A stretch of 64,000 nt of DNA from Candidatus Gallimonas merdigallinarum (GCA_904390485.1 CAJFLU010000007.1:5009-69008); one strand, 5' to 3'. Numbered from the stretch's first letter, positions 1 through 10,680 are shown. Numbers and translations: made by a program. The notes: a model not told the origin generated them from the sequence alone.

Positions 1-1817
1 ACGCGCGGGAAGGCTATAATTTTATCAACGTGCGCGGGAAAGTGGTTTCTTGCAGCTCCAAACGCGGAAAATACAGCTTGTGGGACTGCGGAATCATGGC
101 GGTCAAGGCGTGGGTCCTGCTCTCCGTGCTCCCGCGCGGAACGGTGGAGAGCTGCGCGGAGCTGCGCGTCGAAAACGGAGAGTTCGTCTCCGACGCGCCC
201 GTCGCGCCCGTGAGCCTCTCCAAGATCCTGCGCACCGACAAGTGCGATCTCGTCACGGCAACGTTCGAGTGGACGCGCATCACGGATATCACCTCGTTCT
301 ACGAGTACGTCGATAAAGTCACCAAAAACAACAATAACACGATCGCTTATAACTGCAAGGGCGTGGAAATCGTCAATATGCTCGAAAGCAAGCTGGTCGT
401 GGCGAACAGTCTCAGAAATATCGTCATCGTCAACACGCGCGACGCGATCTATATCTCCGATAAGGCGCGCGAAGCGGACGCGAAGAGCATCGGACAGAAA
501 TATTACAACGGCAAGAAACGCTATTTCGACGTACAGCCCAAGCGTTACACCACATGGGGTACGGCGGAGACGCTGTACACGACCGATCAGATCGAGGTCA
601 GTAAAGTCGTCGTCTATCAGGGAGAGCGGGTCGCCTATCAGTGCAAGCGCGGGTATTCGGCAAACTTTCTCATTTTGCAGGGTTCGGCGATCCTCCGCGG
701 CAAGAATACCGAGATCGATTATTCCGTCGATCAGAGCATTTTTATAGCCGATTCGGCGCAATATGAAGTCGTCAATACGGGCAAAGGCGCGCTGGAACTG
801 CTGTGTACCATCCGCCGTCAGAGGGCGAGCACGCACAAGCGCAAAGAGTCGGTCGACCTGCTCGTCAAACTTGCGCCCGTCTTTAAAGATAATCTTTGGG
901 GCGGAACGAAGATCCGCGACGTTTTCCACAAAGACGTCGGGGACATGGAGATCGTCGCCGAGAGCTGGGAGCTATCCGCGCATCCCGACGGAGAATCGAC
1001 GATCGCCGAAGGGGAGTTCGCGGGAATGCCCTTTTCCGAATACGTTGACATCATCGGAAAAGAGCGGCTCGGCTGGAAGGCGCAGGGGTATGAAAAGTTC
1101 CCCGTCATGGTCAAGTTCATCGACGCCAAGCAGAATCTCTCCATACAGGTGCATCCCGCCGACGAGTATGCGCTCACCGTGGAGAGGCAATACGGCAAGA
1201 GCGAAATGTGGTATGTTCTGGACGCGGAGGAGGGCGCGTGTATTTACGTCGGGTTCAACCGCGACGTCACGCCCGAGGAGCTGCGCCGTAGGATCGCGGA
1301 CGATACGCTCATGGAGGTCCTGAACAGGGTACCCGTGCGGAAGGGGGACGCGTATTTCCTTGCGGCGGGTACGGTGCACGCCATCGGCGCGGGGTGTTTC
1401 ATCTGCGAGGTGCAGCAGTCCTCCAACGTCACCTATCGGCTCTATGATTACAGCCGTCGGGATAAAAACGGAAATCTGCGCGAACTGCACGTCGACAAAG
1501 CGCTCGACGTTCTGGATATGCGCGCCGTTACGCCCAAGACGTTCGATCGGTACAACGCCGTCATGAGCACGGACTTTGTCAAATCGGTCATCGGGGAATG
1601 CAAATACTTTTCGGTGACGCAGTACTTTGTCGACGGCGAGTGCGATCTGCCGCAGTCGGAGGCGAGTTTTCAGGCGATCGTCGTCATTGAAGGCGGCGGA
1701 ACGGTTTCGGACGAGCGGCTGTCCTATCCCTGCGCCGCAGGAGATACGTTCTTCGCCGCCTCCAAGGAGCGCGTAACGTTGAAAGGAAAAATGAAGGTAC
1801 TTGTTGCAAACGTTTGA
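1..1817 (+). CDS. Partial (5' end outside window) fusion protein: mannose-1-phosphate guanylyltransferase-like part + type II PMI-like cupin + complete type I mannose-6-phosphate isomerase (ManA-like) domain
   Basis: Frame is open from nt 3 to the listed GTG at 30, so the gene continues upstream. C-terminal ~320 aa carry class I PMI motifs (FKDNLWGG, ESWELSAHP, LSIQVHP, SEMWYVL, GTVHAIGAG, QQSSNVTYRLYDY). Preceding TTWGTAETLY...VVYQGERVAYQ...LILQGSA has ManC-type cupin architecture. Confidence 0.75.
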   Translation, partial: AREGYNFINVRGKVVSCSSKRGKYSLWDCGIMAVKAWVLLSVLPRGTVESCAELRVENGEFVSDAPVAPVSLSKILRTDKCDLVTATFEWTRITDITSFYEYVDKVTKNNNNTIAYNCKGVEIVNMLESKLVVANSLRNIVIVNTRDAIYISDKAREADAKSIGQKYYNGKKRYFDVQPKRYTTWGTAETLYTTDQIEVSKVVVYQGERVAYQCKRGYSANFLILQGSAILRGKNTEIDYSVDQSIFIADSAQYEVVNTGKGALELLCTIRRQRASTHKRKESVDLLVKLAPVFKDNLWGGTKIRDVFHKDVGDMEIVAESWELSAHPDGESTIAEGEFAGMPFSEYVDIIGKERLGWKAQGYEKFPVMVKFIDAKQNLSIQVHPADEYALTVERQYGKSEMWYVLDAEEGACIYVGFNRDVTPEELRRRIADDTLMEVLNRVPVRKGDAYFLAAGTVHAIGAGCFICEVQQSSNVTYRLYDYSRRDKNGNLRELHVDKALDVLDMRAVTPKTFDRYNAVMSTDFVKSVIGECKYFSVTQYFVDGECDLPQSEASFQAIVVIEGGGTVSDERLSYPCAAGDTFFAASKERVTLKGKMKVLVANV

Positions 1818-1827
1818 GGAGACTGAA

Positions 1828-2886
1828 ATGAAATATATCATCAACGGACGATTCTTATCTCAAAGGATAACGGGTGTTCAACGATATGCCCGTGAAATCA
1901 TTTCTGAACTTGATAAGATTTGCGCTGATTTGGATATAGAAATTGCAGTTCCCGGCAACGTGGATGAGATTCCCTCTTATACAAATATTAAAATTGTCAA
2001 AATCGGAAAGAGAACAGGCGTTTTATGGGAACAGACGACTTTTTCTCGTTATGTAAAAAAACATCATGCGATTTCTGTCAATCTGTGCAATTCAATGCCT
2101 TTAAGCGGCAGGAAGATCGTAGCGATACATGATGTAAAAGTGAAAGCGCATCCGGAATTTTTCAGCTGGAAATTTCGAGTATGGTATAATGTTCTATTCA
2201 AAAATGCAGTGAAAAAAGCAGACGCTTTGATCACTGTATCAGAGTTTTCCAAACAAGAGATCATGAAGTATTATGAATGCGATGAAAAGAAAATCCATGT
2301 CGTATATAATTCATGGCAGCATTACAGCGAAGTTTCAACGGATTGCGCAATCTTAGAAAAGTTTCATCTTGCAGAACATGAATACATTTTTGCGCTCGGA
2401 AGTTTGGAACCAAATAAGAATTTAATGTGGATTCTTGAAACCGCCAAAAATAATCCGAATGAAAGATTTATTGTTGGAGGAGGAATCAATAAAGCAGTAT
2501 TTGCTGAACAAAAGTGGGATCTTCCGAAGAATGTTTATTTGATCGGCTATTTGTCAGATATTGAGGCGAAAACGTTGATGCAATATTGTAAAGCATTTGT
2601 ATTCCCCTCTTTTTATGAAGGATTCGGGATCCCTCCCATGGAAGCCATGGTGGCAGGCGCTTCCAATATAATTGTTTCTGATATTCCCGTCATGCATGAG
2701 ATATTTCATGATTTCGTGCTGTATATTCTTCCTGACAGGTTTGATTATTCGATGCAGGAGCTCATTGGAGCTTTGCCGGCGGATGGACGTAACTACACGA
2801 GTCTGTTGGAACAATATTCTTGGATTAAATCTGCTCAAATGTTTTATCGCATTTTAATCGGGGCAGGGCAAGGCAAAAACGCGTGA
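1828..2886 (+). CDS. Glycosyltransferase family 4 (GT-B, mannosyl/rhamnosyl-transferase-like)
   Basis: Start moved to MKYIINGRFLSQRITGVQRYA (typical GT4 N-terminus). C-terminal EGFGIPPMEAMVAGA (E-x7-E region). Confidence 0.8.
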   Translation: MKYIINGRFLSQRITGVQRYAREIISELDKICADLDIEIAVPGNVDEIPSYTNIKIVKIGKRTGVLWEQTTFSRYVKKHHAISVNLCNSMPLSGRKIVAIHDVKVKAHPEFFSWKFRVWYNVLFKNAVKKADALITVSEFSKQEIMKYYECDEKKIHVVYNSWQHYSEVSTDCAILEKFHLAEHEYIFALGSLEPNKNLMWILETAKNNPNERFIVGGGINKAVFAEQKWDLPKNVYLIGYLSDIEAKTLMQYCKAFVFPSFYEGFGIPPMEAMVAGASNIIVSDIPVMHEIFHDFVLYILPDRFDYSMQELIGALPADGRNYTSLLEQYSWIKSAQMFYRILIGAGQGKNA

Positions 2887-4307
2887 GAGTTTATCCTTTT
2901 TCAATTATCATCGTTCTCATCTTATTAGTGCTGTTGATACGCGATTGGCATCGAGGGATCAAACAGTATTTTAAGCATGTATTTTATCTCTATGTCAGTG
3001 TAGTTTTATTTTCCAATATTGGAAATTTTATCGAAATCGGATCGTTTACGCTCACGAACCGGGCATTTTTATCGGTGTTTACTTTTTTAATTGCCGCTTT
3101 GGTGATTGTCTTTGACAAGGGCTATGATGTAAAAATCATGTTTGCCGGAATTGGTTTATATTTAAGCGTTGTTATCGGATATTTTATGCTGGTCGTATTC
3201 CCATATAAGTACGGGGTTATTCGGTTGCTTTCCCAATGGGATGGCTATGTCGCTGGAAATATCGGGTTGGATTATCTTACGTCAATATCATTTGACTTTG
3301 AGGCAATCTTTAAAATTGTTCATTTTCCCATCGTATTGGCGGTTGCATATAGAGTCTTGGCAGAGAGACAAGAGAAGAGACATTTTTTGGAGTTGCTGTT
3401 AAGAATCTCAAATTTCGTTTTGTTGTATTCTATTGCAGAAATGATTGTTGTAAAGGTATTTTCAATTCCGATAAACGCACATGTTTTAAGGCCTATATTT
3501 GGAGAGAGTGAGGCGACCTTTGTATACACTAACAGATTGCAAGGGCTTTTTAAAGAGGCATCGCATTATGCGAGCGCATTGTTTATTTGGGGACTTTTAA
3601 ATATTTTTGAGATTTGCTCTTTGAGGAAAAGCGGGAAGACCGCGAAAAGAAGTAAGGATACGATAAGATTTATTCTTATCATGATCTTGTTAGTAGCATC
3701 GACTTCGTTTGTGGGGCTTTTCTACTTCGGATTATTGCTTGTGGCGTATCTTTTCTACTGCACAAGACTTAATAATGTGGAAATTGTCGCATGTTTGGGT
3801 GTTGTTGGAATTCTATTATTTTTCATGGTAACAAACGCTTCTTTTATGGGAGCGATCGGATTGGATTCGCTGTATCAGCGAATTGATCGTGCTATCGAGA
3901 CGATTAACCGGTTGTTTCATGGAGAGGTTGGAACAGTCTCATCGGAAGGAGCAAGATTCACAAGCATTTTCTCCATGCTGCAAATTTTGATCAGGCGACC
4001 GTTTTTCGGCGTTGGAGCAGGGATAACGGATGCGCATTCTACTTTGTTTGCGACATTGGGCAATCTGGGACTGATCGCGACGGGCTTTTTGGCTTACATT
4101 TATATTCGCTTTGGTCGCGTTTCAAATCATAAATTATCATTGTATGTTATAGTATTCTTATATTTATCGTTTGCCGGATCATTCGGAGCTGCTTTCGATT
4201 TCCAATACCCGCTTATTTTCCTGTTTGCGGGATATGCGTTTGAAAAAGAAAAGGAAATTTGCGCAGAACAAGATCGGCAGATGGTATGCGAGAAACTGTT
4301 GGTATAA
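2883..4307 (+). CDS. Wzy / O-antigen ligase-like polytopic membrane protein (putative repeat-unit polymerase)
   Basis: GTGA start/stop overlap with the upstream GT. About 10-12 hydrophobic segments. Wzy_C-like stretch RRPFFGVGAGITDAHSTLFATLGNLGL. Confidence 0.65.
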   Translation: MRVYPFSIIIVLILLVLLIRDWHRGIKQYFKHVFYLYVSVVLFSNIGNFIEIGSFTLTNRAFLSVFTFLIAALVIVFDKGYDVKIMFAGIGLYLSVVIGYFMLVVFPYKYGVIRLLSQWDGYVAGNIGLDYLTSISFDFEAIFKIVHFPIVLAVAYRVLAERQEKRHFLELLLRISNFVLLYSIAEMIVVKVFSIPINAHVLRPIFGESEATFVYTNRLQGLFKEASHYASALFIWGLLNIFEICSLRKSGKTAKRSKDTIRFILIMILLVASTSFVGLFYFGLLLVAYLFYCTRLNNVEIVACLGVVGILLFFMVTNASFMGAIGLDSLYQRIDRAIETINRLFHGEVGTVSSEGARFTSIFSMLQILIRRPFFGVGAGITDAHSTLFATLGNLGLIATGFLAYIYIRFGRVSNHKLSLYVIVFLYLSFAGSFGAAFDFQYPLIFLFAGYAFEKEKEICAEQDRQMVCEKLLV

Positions 4308-4357
4308 AACATTTTTGTATAAAACATTGATATGAAAAGTTTAAAAAGGAGAGTTGT

Positions 4358-5254
4358 ATGAAAGGTATCATCTTAGCGGGGGGGAGTGGAACGCGGCTGT
4401 ATCCGCTTACTAGAGTTACAAGCAAACAGTTGTTGCCGATTTACGACAAGCCGATGATCTATTATCCGCTTTCGGTGCTGATGAATGCGGGGATCAGGGA
4501 TATTCTCATCATTTCCACGCCGCAGGATACACCGCGGTTTGAAGAATTGTTCGGAGACGGGCATCGCCTCGGGCTGAATCTGCAATATGCTGTGCAGCCG
4601 TCGCCGGACGGACTTGCACAGGCGTTCATCATCGGGGAACAGTTCATCGGAAGCGACAGCGTCGCGATGGTCTTGGGTGACAACATCTTTGCAGGACACG
4701 GGCTGAAAAAGCGCCTGCGCGCCGCGGTGGAGAATGCCGAAAAGGGACACGGGGCGACCGTATTCGGATATTATGTCGACGATCCGGAGAGGTTCGGGAT
4801 CGTGGAGTTCGATAAAAATGGCAAGGCGGTTTCCTTGGAAGAGAAACCCAAGCAGCCGAAGAGCAACTATTGCGTCACAGGATTGTATTTCTACGACAAT
4901 AAGGTGGTGGAGTACGCAAAGGGCCTGAAACCTTCTGCGCGCGGGGAGTTGGAAATTACGGACCTCAATCGCATCTATCTGCAAAAAGAGAGCCTGCACG
5001 TAGAAATTCTCGGGCAGGGATTCACTTGGCTGGACACGGGTACGCATGAAAGTATGGTGGATGCGACCAACTTCATCAAGGCGGTTGAAACGCATCAGCG
5101 CCGCAAGGTTGCTTGCATTGAGGAGATCGCATACCTTAACGGGTGGATCACCAAAGAACAGGCGCTGAAATTGTGCGAGCCGATGATGAAAAACGGATAC
5201 GGACAGTATCTGAAAGACGTCATCGACGGAAAATATTTAGATGGACTGTACTGA
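4358..5254 (+). CDS. rfbA: Glucose-1-phosphate thymidylyltransferase
   Basis: [59 protein letters not shown] upstream. Confidence 0.95.
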   Translation: MKGIILAGGSGTRLYPLTRVTSKQLLPIYDKPMIYYPLSVLMNAGIRDILIISTPQDTPRFEELFGDGHRLGLNLQYAVQPSPDGLAQAFIIGEQFIGSDSVAMVLGDNIFAGHGLKKRLRAAVENAEKGHGATVFGYYVDDPERFGIVEFDKNGKAVSLEEKPKQPKSNYCVTGLYFYDNKVVEYAKGLKPSARGELEITDLNRIYLQKESLHVEILGQGFTWLDTGTHESMVDATNFIKAVETHQRRKVACIEEIAYLNGWITKEQALKLCEPMMKNGYGQYLKDVIDGKYLDGLY

Positions 5255-5262
5255 GGGCGCAT

Positions 5263-6207
5263 ATGGATGTTTCGGTGATCATGATCAACTATAATACGTT
5301 TGATCTGACGAAAGATGCGTTAAATAGCATTTTTGAAAATACAAAAGATCTCAAATATGAGATTATTTTGTTGGATAATAATTCGCCGGACGGGTCGGGA
5401 GAAAAATTAAATAAGATGTTTGGAAGTAGGATTACCTACATTCAGACAGGAAGCAATCTCGGAACATCCAAGGCATTTAATGAAGGGGTATCACGCGCAA
5501 CCGGAAAATACGTCCTATGGTTAAATACGGATATTTTACTCAGAGAGAATTTTATTAAAACGCTTTTTGACTACATGGAGAGTCATCCGAAATGTGGAAT
5601 ATGTGGCGGAAATGTTTTGGATTTCGATGGGAATCCTACACATTCTTTTCGGAAAAAATTTCCTTGTTTACGGGAAGAGCGGAAAAATAAGAGTATTATA
5701 GTAGCTGTTTATCGAAAATTGTTTCAAAAGCCGTTCTATGATCAGTATAATTATACCAATGTGCCTATGCGGGTTGGCTATATTACAGGCGCCGACATGA
5801 TGATTCGGTCATCTCTCTTTGAGAAAGTCGGAAAGTTTGACGCGGATATTTTTATGTATTCCGAGGAAGTTGAATTTACATGGCGCGCAGTGACTCGAAC
5901 GGGTATGACGGTTATGGCTATACCAAATGCACATATTTTCCATTTGGAGGGTGCAAGTTTCAGGACAAGCGCAGATTCATTTAATGAGGTCCGCTTTACC
6001 AATGGGGTAAAAGGTTCCCTTTTGATGTATATGAAATGTTACGGGGAGACGGCGGCGAAGAAATACCTGACAATATTAAAGCGTTCGTATCTGAAATTCG
6101 GTGTAGTCTCAGCGTTGCTCTTTATGCGGCAGAAAAGGAAAATGTACGTTAAAAAAAGAGCCATTGTAAAAGACCTGTTTCATTGCTTTTTTGGACAGTC
6201 CGATTGA
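5263..6207 (+). CDS. Glycosyltransferase family 2
   Basis: Start moved to MDVSVIMINYNT. DNNSPDGS and the GADMMIR region are typical of GT2 rhamnosyltransferase-like enzymes. Confidence 0.8.
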   Translation: MDVSVIMINYNTFDLTKDALNSIFENTKDLKYEIILLDNNSPDGSGEKLNKMFGSRITYIQTGSNLGTSKAFNEGVSRATGKYVLWLNTDILLRENFIKTLFDYMESHPKCGICGGNVLDFDGNPTHSFRKKFPCLREERKNKSIIVAVYRKLFQKPFYDQYNYTNVPMRVGYITGADMMIRSSLFEKVGKFDADIFMYSEEVEFTWRAVTRTGMTVMAIPNAHIFHLEGASFRTSADSFNEVRFTNGVKGSLLMYMKCYGETAAKKYLTILKRSYLKFGVVSALLFMRQKRKMYVKKRAIVKDLFHCFFGQSD

Positions 6208-6242
6208 TGCAAGATTTATATTTTATTGGAGGAAAATAACAA

Positions 6243-7265
6243 ATGACGATTATTGTGACAGGCGGCGCCGGATTTATCGGCAGCAATTTCATTTTTCATA
6301 TGCTCGGGAAATATCCCGATTACCGCATTGTGTGCCTCGATAAGCTCACATACGCGGGGAATCTTTCTACGCTGAAAAGCGTTATGGACAAGCCGAATTT
6401 CCGCTTTGTGAAGGCAGATATCTGCGACAGAGAGGCGGTTTACCGTCTTTTTGAAGAGGAAAAACCCGATATTGTGGTCAACTTCGCGGCGGAAAGTCAT
6501 GTGGACAGAAGCATAGAAGATCCCGGGATCTTCTTGCAGACGAATATTATGGGCACCGCAGTGCTGATGGACGCCTGCCGTAAGTACGGCATCAGACGTT
6601 ACCATCAGGTTTCGACGGATGAAGTGTACGGCGATCTGCCGCTCGATCGTCCCGATTTGTTTTTCACGGAAGAAACGCCTTTGCACACTTCCAGCCCGTA
6701 TTCGAGTTCCAAAGCGGCGGCGGATCTTCTGGTGCTCGCTTACCACAGGACGTACGGACTGCCTGTGACCATCAGCCGTTGTTCCAACAACTACGGACCT
6801 TATCATTTCCCCGAGAAGCTGATTCCGTTGATGATTGCAAATGCGCTCAACGATAAGCCGCTTCCCGTATACGGAAAAGGGGAGAATGTGCGCGACTGGC
6901 TGTATGTGGAGGACCACTGCAAAGCGATCGACCTCATTATTCATAAAGGAAGAGAGGGTGAGGTTTACAACGTCGGCGGTCACAACGAAATGAGGAATAT
7001 TGACATCGTTAAGCTCATCTGTAAGGAGCTGGGGAAACCCGAAAGCCTTATAACGTACGTTGCAGACCGCAAGGGACACGATATGCGCTATGCGATCGAT
7101 CCGACCAAGATTCATAACGAGCTTGGCTGGCTGCCTGAAACGAAGTTTGCGGACGGCATCAAAAAGACGATTCAATGGTATCTTGACAACAGAGAATGGT
7201 GGCAGGAGATCATCTCGGGCGAATATCAGAACTATTATCAGAAAATGTACGGAAACAGAGGTTGA
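6243..7265 (+). CDS. rfbB: dTDP-glucose 4,6-dehydratase
   Basis: IIVTGGAGFIGSNF, STDEVYG, YSSSKAAAD, full-length SDR-e architecture. Confidence 0.95.
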   Translation: MTIIVTGGAGFIGSNFIFHMLGKYPDYRIVCLDKLTYAGNLSTLKSVMDKPNFRFVKADICDREAVYRLFEEEKPDIVVNFAAESHVDRSIEDPGIFLQTNIMGTAVLMDACRKYGIRRYHQVSTDEVYGDLPLDRPDLFFTEETPLHTSSPYSSSKAAADLLVLAYHRTYGLPVTISRCSNNYGPYHFPEKLIPLMIANALNDKPLPVYGKGENVRDWLYVEDHCKAIDLIIHKGREGEVYNVGGHNEMRNIDIVKLICKELGKPESLITYVADRKGHDMRYAIDPTKIHNELGWLPETKFADGIKKTIQWYLDNREWWQEIISGEYQNYYQKMYGNRG

Positions 7266-7294
7266 GGGAAACTGGTTTTGGAGCCCAAAAAGAA

Positions 7295-8155
7295 ATGAAA
7301 ATAATTGTTACCGGCGTTAAGGGTCAGCTCGGCTATGACGTCGTCAATGAATGTCAAAAACGCGGGTACGATGCGATCGGCGTAGACGTTGAAGAGGTGG
7401 ATATCACCAATCCCGAAGCGGTTGACCGTGTGATTGCAGAGGCAAATCCCGACGCTGTGATTCATTGTGCCGCATGGACTGCGGTAGATGCGGCGGAAGA
7501 TCCTGAAAATGTAGCCAAAGTGCGCGCCGTCAATGCAGACGGCACGCAGAATATCGCAAATGTCTGCAAAAAGTTAAATTGCAAGCTTCTCTATATTTCA
7601 ACCGACTATGTGTTTGACGGGCAGGGCAGTGAGCCGTGGCTTCCCGATCAGAAGGACTATCGTCCGCTCAACGTCTATGGGCAGACCAAACTCGAAGGCG
7701 AACTTGCCGTTGCGAATACGGTGGAAAAGTATTTCATTGTACGCATTGCATGGGTATTCGGTGTAAACGGGAAGAACTTCATCAAGACAATGCTGAACGT
7801 CGGCAAAACGCATGATACGATACGCGTTGTCAACGATCAGATCGGCACGCCGACATATACTTACGATCTTGCGCGGTTGCTTGTCGATATGGCGGAGAGC
7901 GAAAAGTACGGTTACTATCATGCGACGAATGAGGGTGGGTATATCAGCTGGTATGACTTTGCCTGTGAAATTTTCCGTCAGGCGGGGTATCCGACGAAGG
8001 TGATCCCCGTCACGACCGCGGAATACGGACTTTCCAAAGCCAAGCGCCCGTTCAACAGTCGTCTGGACAAGCATAAACTTGTTGAGAACGGGTTTACGCC
8101 GCTTCCTGACTGGAAGGATGCTTTAAAAAGATATTTAAAGGAAATCGGATATTGA
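7295..8155 (+). CDS. rfbD: dTDP-4-dehydrorhamnose reductase
   Basis: Start moved to MKIIVTGVKGQLG. STDYVFDG, YGQTKLEGE motifs. Confidence 0.9.
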   Translation: MKIIVTGVKGQLGYDVVNECQKRGYDAIGVDVEEVDITNPEAVDRVIAEANPDAVIHCAAWTAVDAAEDPENVAKVRAVNADGTQNIANVCKKLNCKLLYISTDYVFDGQGSEPWLPDQKDYRPLNVYGQTKLEGELAVANTVEKYFIVRIAWVFGVNGKNFIKTMLNVGKTHDTIRVVNDQIGTPTYTYDLARLLVDMAESEKYGYYHATNEGGYISWYDFACEIFRQAGYPTKVIPVTTAEYGLSKAKRPFNSRLDKHKLVENGFTPLPDWKDALKRYLKEIGY

Positions 8156-8156
8156 T

Positions 8157-8762
8157 ATGGGACAAATTACGGTAGAAAAAAACGTCGGAGGTATTGAAGG
8201 GCTGCACGTCATTACGCCTGCCGTACATGGCGACAGCCGCGGATATTTCATGGAGACGTATTCGCAGCGCGATATGGAGGAGGCGGGTATCTATCATACG
8301 TTCGTTCAGGATAATCAGTCCATGAGTACGAAGGGCGTGCTTCGCGGGCTGCACTTCCAAAAAAATTTTCCGCAGACAAAGCTGGTCCGCGTCATCAAAG
8401 GGCGGGTTTTTGACGTTGCCGTTGATCTCAGAAAAGACAGCGCAACATATGGGAAGTGGTATGGCGTTGAACTGACGGAGGAGAACAAGAAGCAATTCCT
8501 CATTCCCCGTGGGTTTGCGCACGGATTTTTGGTGCTTTCCGATACGGCGGAGTTCTGTTATAAGTGTGACGATTTCTATCATGCCAACGACGAAGGCGGG
8601 CTTGCGTGGAACGATCCGTCGATCGGCGTTGTATGGCCCGAAGTTGTCGGCGAATACCGCGGAAGCGCTTCGGCGGAAGGGTATCGCTTGCAGGATGGCA
8701 CCTCGCTCAATTTGAGCGAGAAAGATCAGAAGCGTGGGAGGATCGAATCGCAACATGGATAA
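8157..8762 (+). CDS. rfbC: dTDP-4-dehydrorhamnose 3,5-epimerase
   Basis: DSRGYFMETY, GVLRGLHFQ, KLVRVIKGRVFDVAVDLR, IPRGFAHGF. Confidence 0.95.
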   Translation: MGQITVEKNVGGIEGLHVITPAVHGDSRGYFMETYSQRDMEEAGIYHTFVQDNQSMSTKGVLRGLHFQKNFPQTKLVRVIKGRVFDVAVDLRKDSATYGKWYGVELTEENKKQFLIPRGFAHGFLVLSDTAEFCYKCDDFYHANDEGGLAWNDPSIGVVWPEVVGEYRGSASAEGYRLQDGTSLNLSEKDQKRGRIESQHG

Positions 8763-10239
8763 AACCAAAGAGCGGGGTCGTTTCGACGAATTTATCAATG
8801 TTACCAATAAGCTAAAAAAAATTGTGGCAAAAGCCATAGAAAAAAAGAAATACGATAAAGCGCTTGTTCTAATTTCTACCATTGCACGTTTGTCGTATGA
8901 AATGAATCAAAGTTATACCGATCAGATTCTGGAAGAATGGCTTTTAAGGATCGGACAAGCAATTTTTCAAAATTTTCCGGAAGAGAAAATCGTTACAGAT
9001 GATAATGTTGTTGTATTTTATGATGGATTTGGGGAGGATCGGCGTGGCTTAGCCTTGATTTACCTAAAAGCATTAGGGGGAAAGTATAAGGTAGTTTATG
9101 TAACCAATGAGTCGGCTCGAAATAAAATTCCAAGTATAGAAAAAATAATTGCAGAACATCACGGGGAAATTGTTTTTTTTAAAAACAATTTTAACGTGTC
9201 AAGCAGCAAGGAGATATATTATACCATTTTACATGCGAGAGCCGGACATGCGTTCTTTTATACTACTCCGTGGGATACCGCGGCGGTTATTGCATTTAAT
9301 TGTCTGAAAGATACAGGGATAAAGCGATATCTAATCAACTTAACCGACCATGCCTTTTGGCTTGGGGTGCATGCATTTGATTATTGTATTGAGTTTAGGG
9401 ATTATGGGGCTTATATTTCCAACCAATATAGACAGATCCCGCTTGCAAAGTTGCGCCTACTTCCGTATTATCCAATCATCGATGATGCGGTGGAGTTTGA
9501 GGGATATCCATTTCCGTTTGACGAGACAAGCCAAAAACTTGTTTTTTCCGGAGGAGCGCTATATAAGACTTTGGGCGCCGGAAATTTGTATTACCAAATC
9601 GTGCGGCATATATTGGAGTCGCATCTGGAAGTTGTTTTTTGGTATGCCGGCGAGGGCGATGATAGCCAATTGAAACATGTTATGCAGGAATTTCCGGGGC
9701 GCGTATATCATACAAAGGAGCGAAAAGATTTATATCAAATATTGCGTCGTGCCAGTTTCTATTTGAACACCTATCCGATCGTTGGAGGATTGATGTTTCA
9801 ATATGCCGCCGTGGCGGGAACTGTGCCATTGACGTTAAAGTATGATGATGAGGCGGATGGATACTTATTGGGGCAAGAGCAGCTTAAAGTAGTGTATTGT
9901 TCGTTAGAAGAGCTGTACAAAGAGATAGACCGTTTGCTGTTTGATCAAGATTACGTAAGAGGCAAAGCGGAACGCCTAAAAGCATCTGTGATCAGTTCGC
10001 ATAAATTTAGTATCGAACTAGATAAAATTATGAATGGGCTGCCTACGGGTGATTCGATAGAATTAAATCCTGTTGATACGAAAGCCTTGAAAAAAACATA
10101 TCTTGACCGATTTTCTTTGAGTAAATTACGCTATTCTATGGTAAGTTTGGTGAATCTTAAATATCTTATTTGGATTTTTCCTCTTGCCTCCATAAAAAAA
10201 ATGCTAAAGTGGATTACTAAAAATATGTTTGCGGAGTAA
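8755..10239 (+). CDS. Hypothetical protein, possible GT-B-like glycosyltransferase (unassigned family)
   Basis: 494-aa ORF from MDKTKERG, overlapping the rfbC stop by 8 nt. I recognise no diagnostic motif. The alternating beta-alpha pattern is suggestive of a Rossmann-like fold only. Confidence 0.4.
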   Translation: MDKTKERGRFDEFINVTNKLKKIVAKAIEKKKYDKALVLISTIARLSYEMNQSYTDQILEEWLLRIGQAIFQNFPEEKIVTDDNVVVFYDGFGEDRRGLALIYLKALGGKYKVVYVTNESARNKIPSIEKIIAEHHGEIVFFKNNFNVSSSKEIYYTILHARAGHAFFYTTPWDTAAVIAFNCLKDTGIKRYLINLTDHAFWLGVHAFDYCIEFRDYGAYISNQYRQIPLAKLRLLPYYPIIDDAVEFEGYPFPFDETSQKLVFSGGALYKTLGAGNLYYQIVRHILESHLEVVFWYAGEGDDSQLKHVMQEFPGRVYHTKERKDLYQILRRASFYLNTYPIVGGLMFQYAAVAGTVPLTLKYDDEADGYLLGQEQLKVVYCSLEELYKEIDRLLFDQDYVRGKAERLKASVISSHKFSIELDKIMNGLPTGDSIELNPVDTKALKKTYLDRFSLSKLRYSMVSLVNLKYLIWIFPLASIKKMLKWITKNMFAE

Positions 10240-10246
10240 TTGAGTT

Positions 10247-10654
10247 ATGCAAGTGGTTAAATATGTATTTCAGCCGCATGGAGACGAACGCGGGCAGTTG
10301 GTAGCATTAGAGGAAGAGAAAGATATTCCTTTTAAAATCAAGCGCGTGTACTATATGTATGACACCGCAGAGGGTGTTACGAGAGGATATCATGCGCATA
10401 AGAGTTTGGAGCAGATTTTAATTTGCATCCACGGGAGTTGTAAAATACGGCTTGATAACGGGTTTGAAAAGAAAGTCGTCCCGTTAGAAAAGCCATACGA
10501 AGGGCTGTATGTTGCCAACAATATGTGGAGAGAAATGTTTGATTTCTCCCCAGATGCAGTTCTGATGGTTTTGGCATCGGAACTGTACGACGAGAATGAT
10601 TATATTCGCAATTATGATGAATTTCTTCAATTTGTAAAAGAAAATCGAAAATAA
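10247..10654 (+). CDS. dTDP-4-keto-6-deoxyhexose 3,4-ketoisomerase (FdtA/QdtA, WxcM-like cupin)
   Basis: 135 aa. HGDERGQLVALE, IKRVYYMYD, RGYHAHK, typical FdtA-size cupin. Confidence 0.8.
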   Translation: MQVVKYVFQPHGDERGQLVALEEEKDIPFKIKRVYYMYDTAEGVTRGYHAHKSLEQILICIHGSCKIRLDNGFEKKVVPLEKPYEGLYVANNMWREMFDFSPDAVLMVLASELYDENDYIRNYDEFLQFVKENRK

Positions 10655-10680
10655 TTCATATTTCAGTCAAAGGAGACGCT

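Noticed and set aside
6216-7175. 319-aa minus-strand ORF
   Set aside because: Antisense to rfbB, which is unambiguous.
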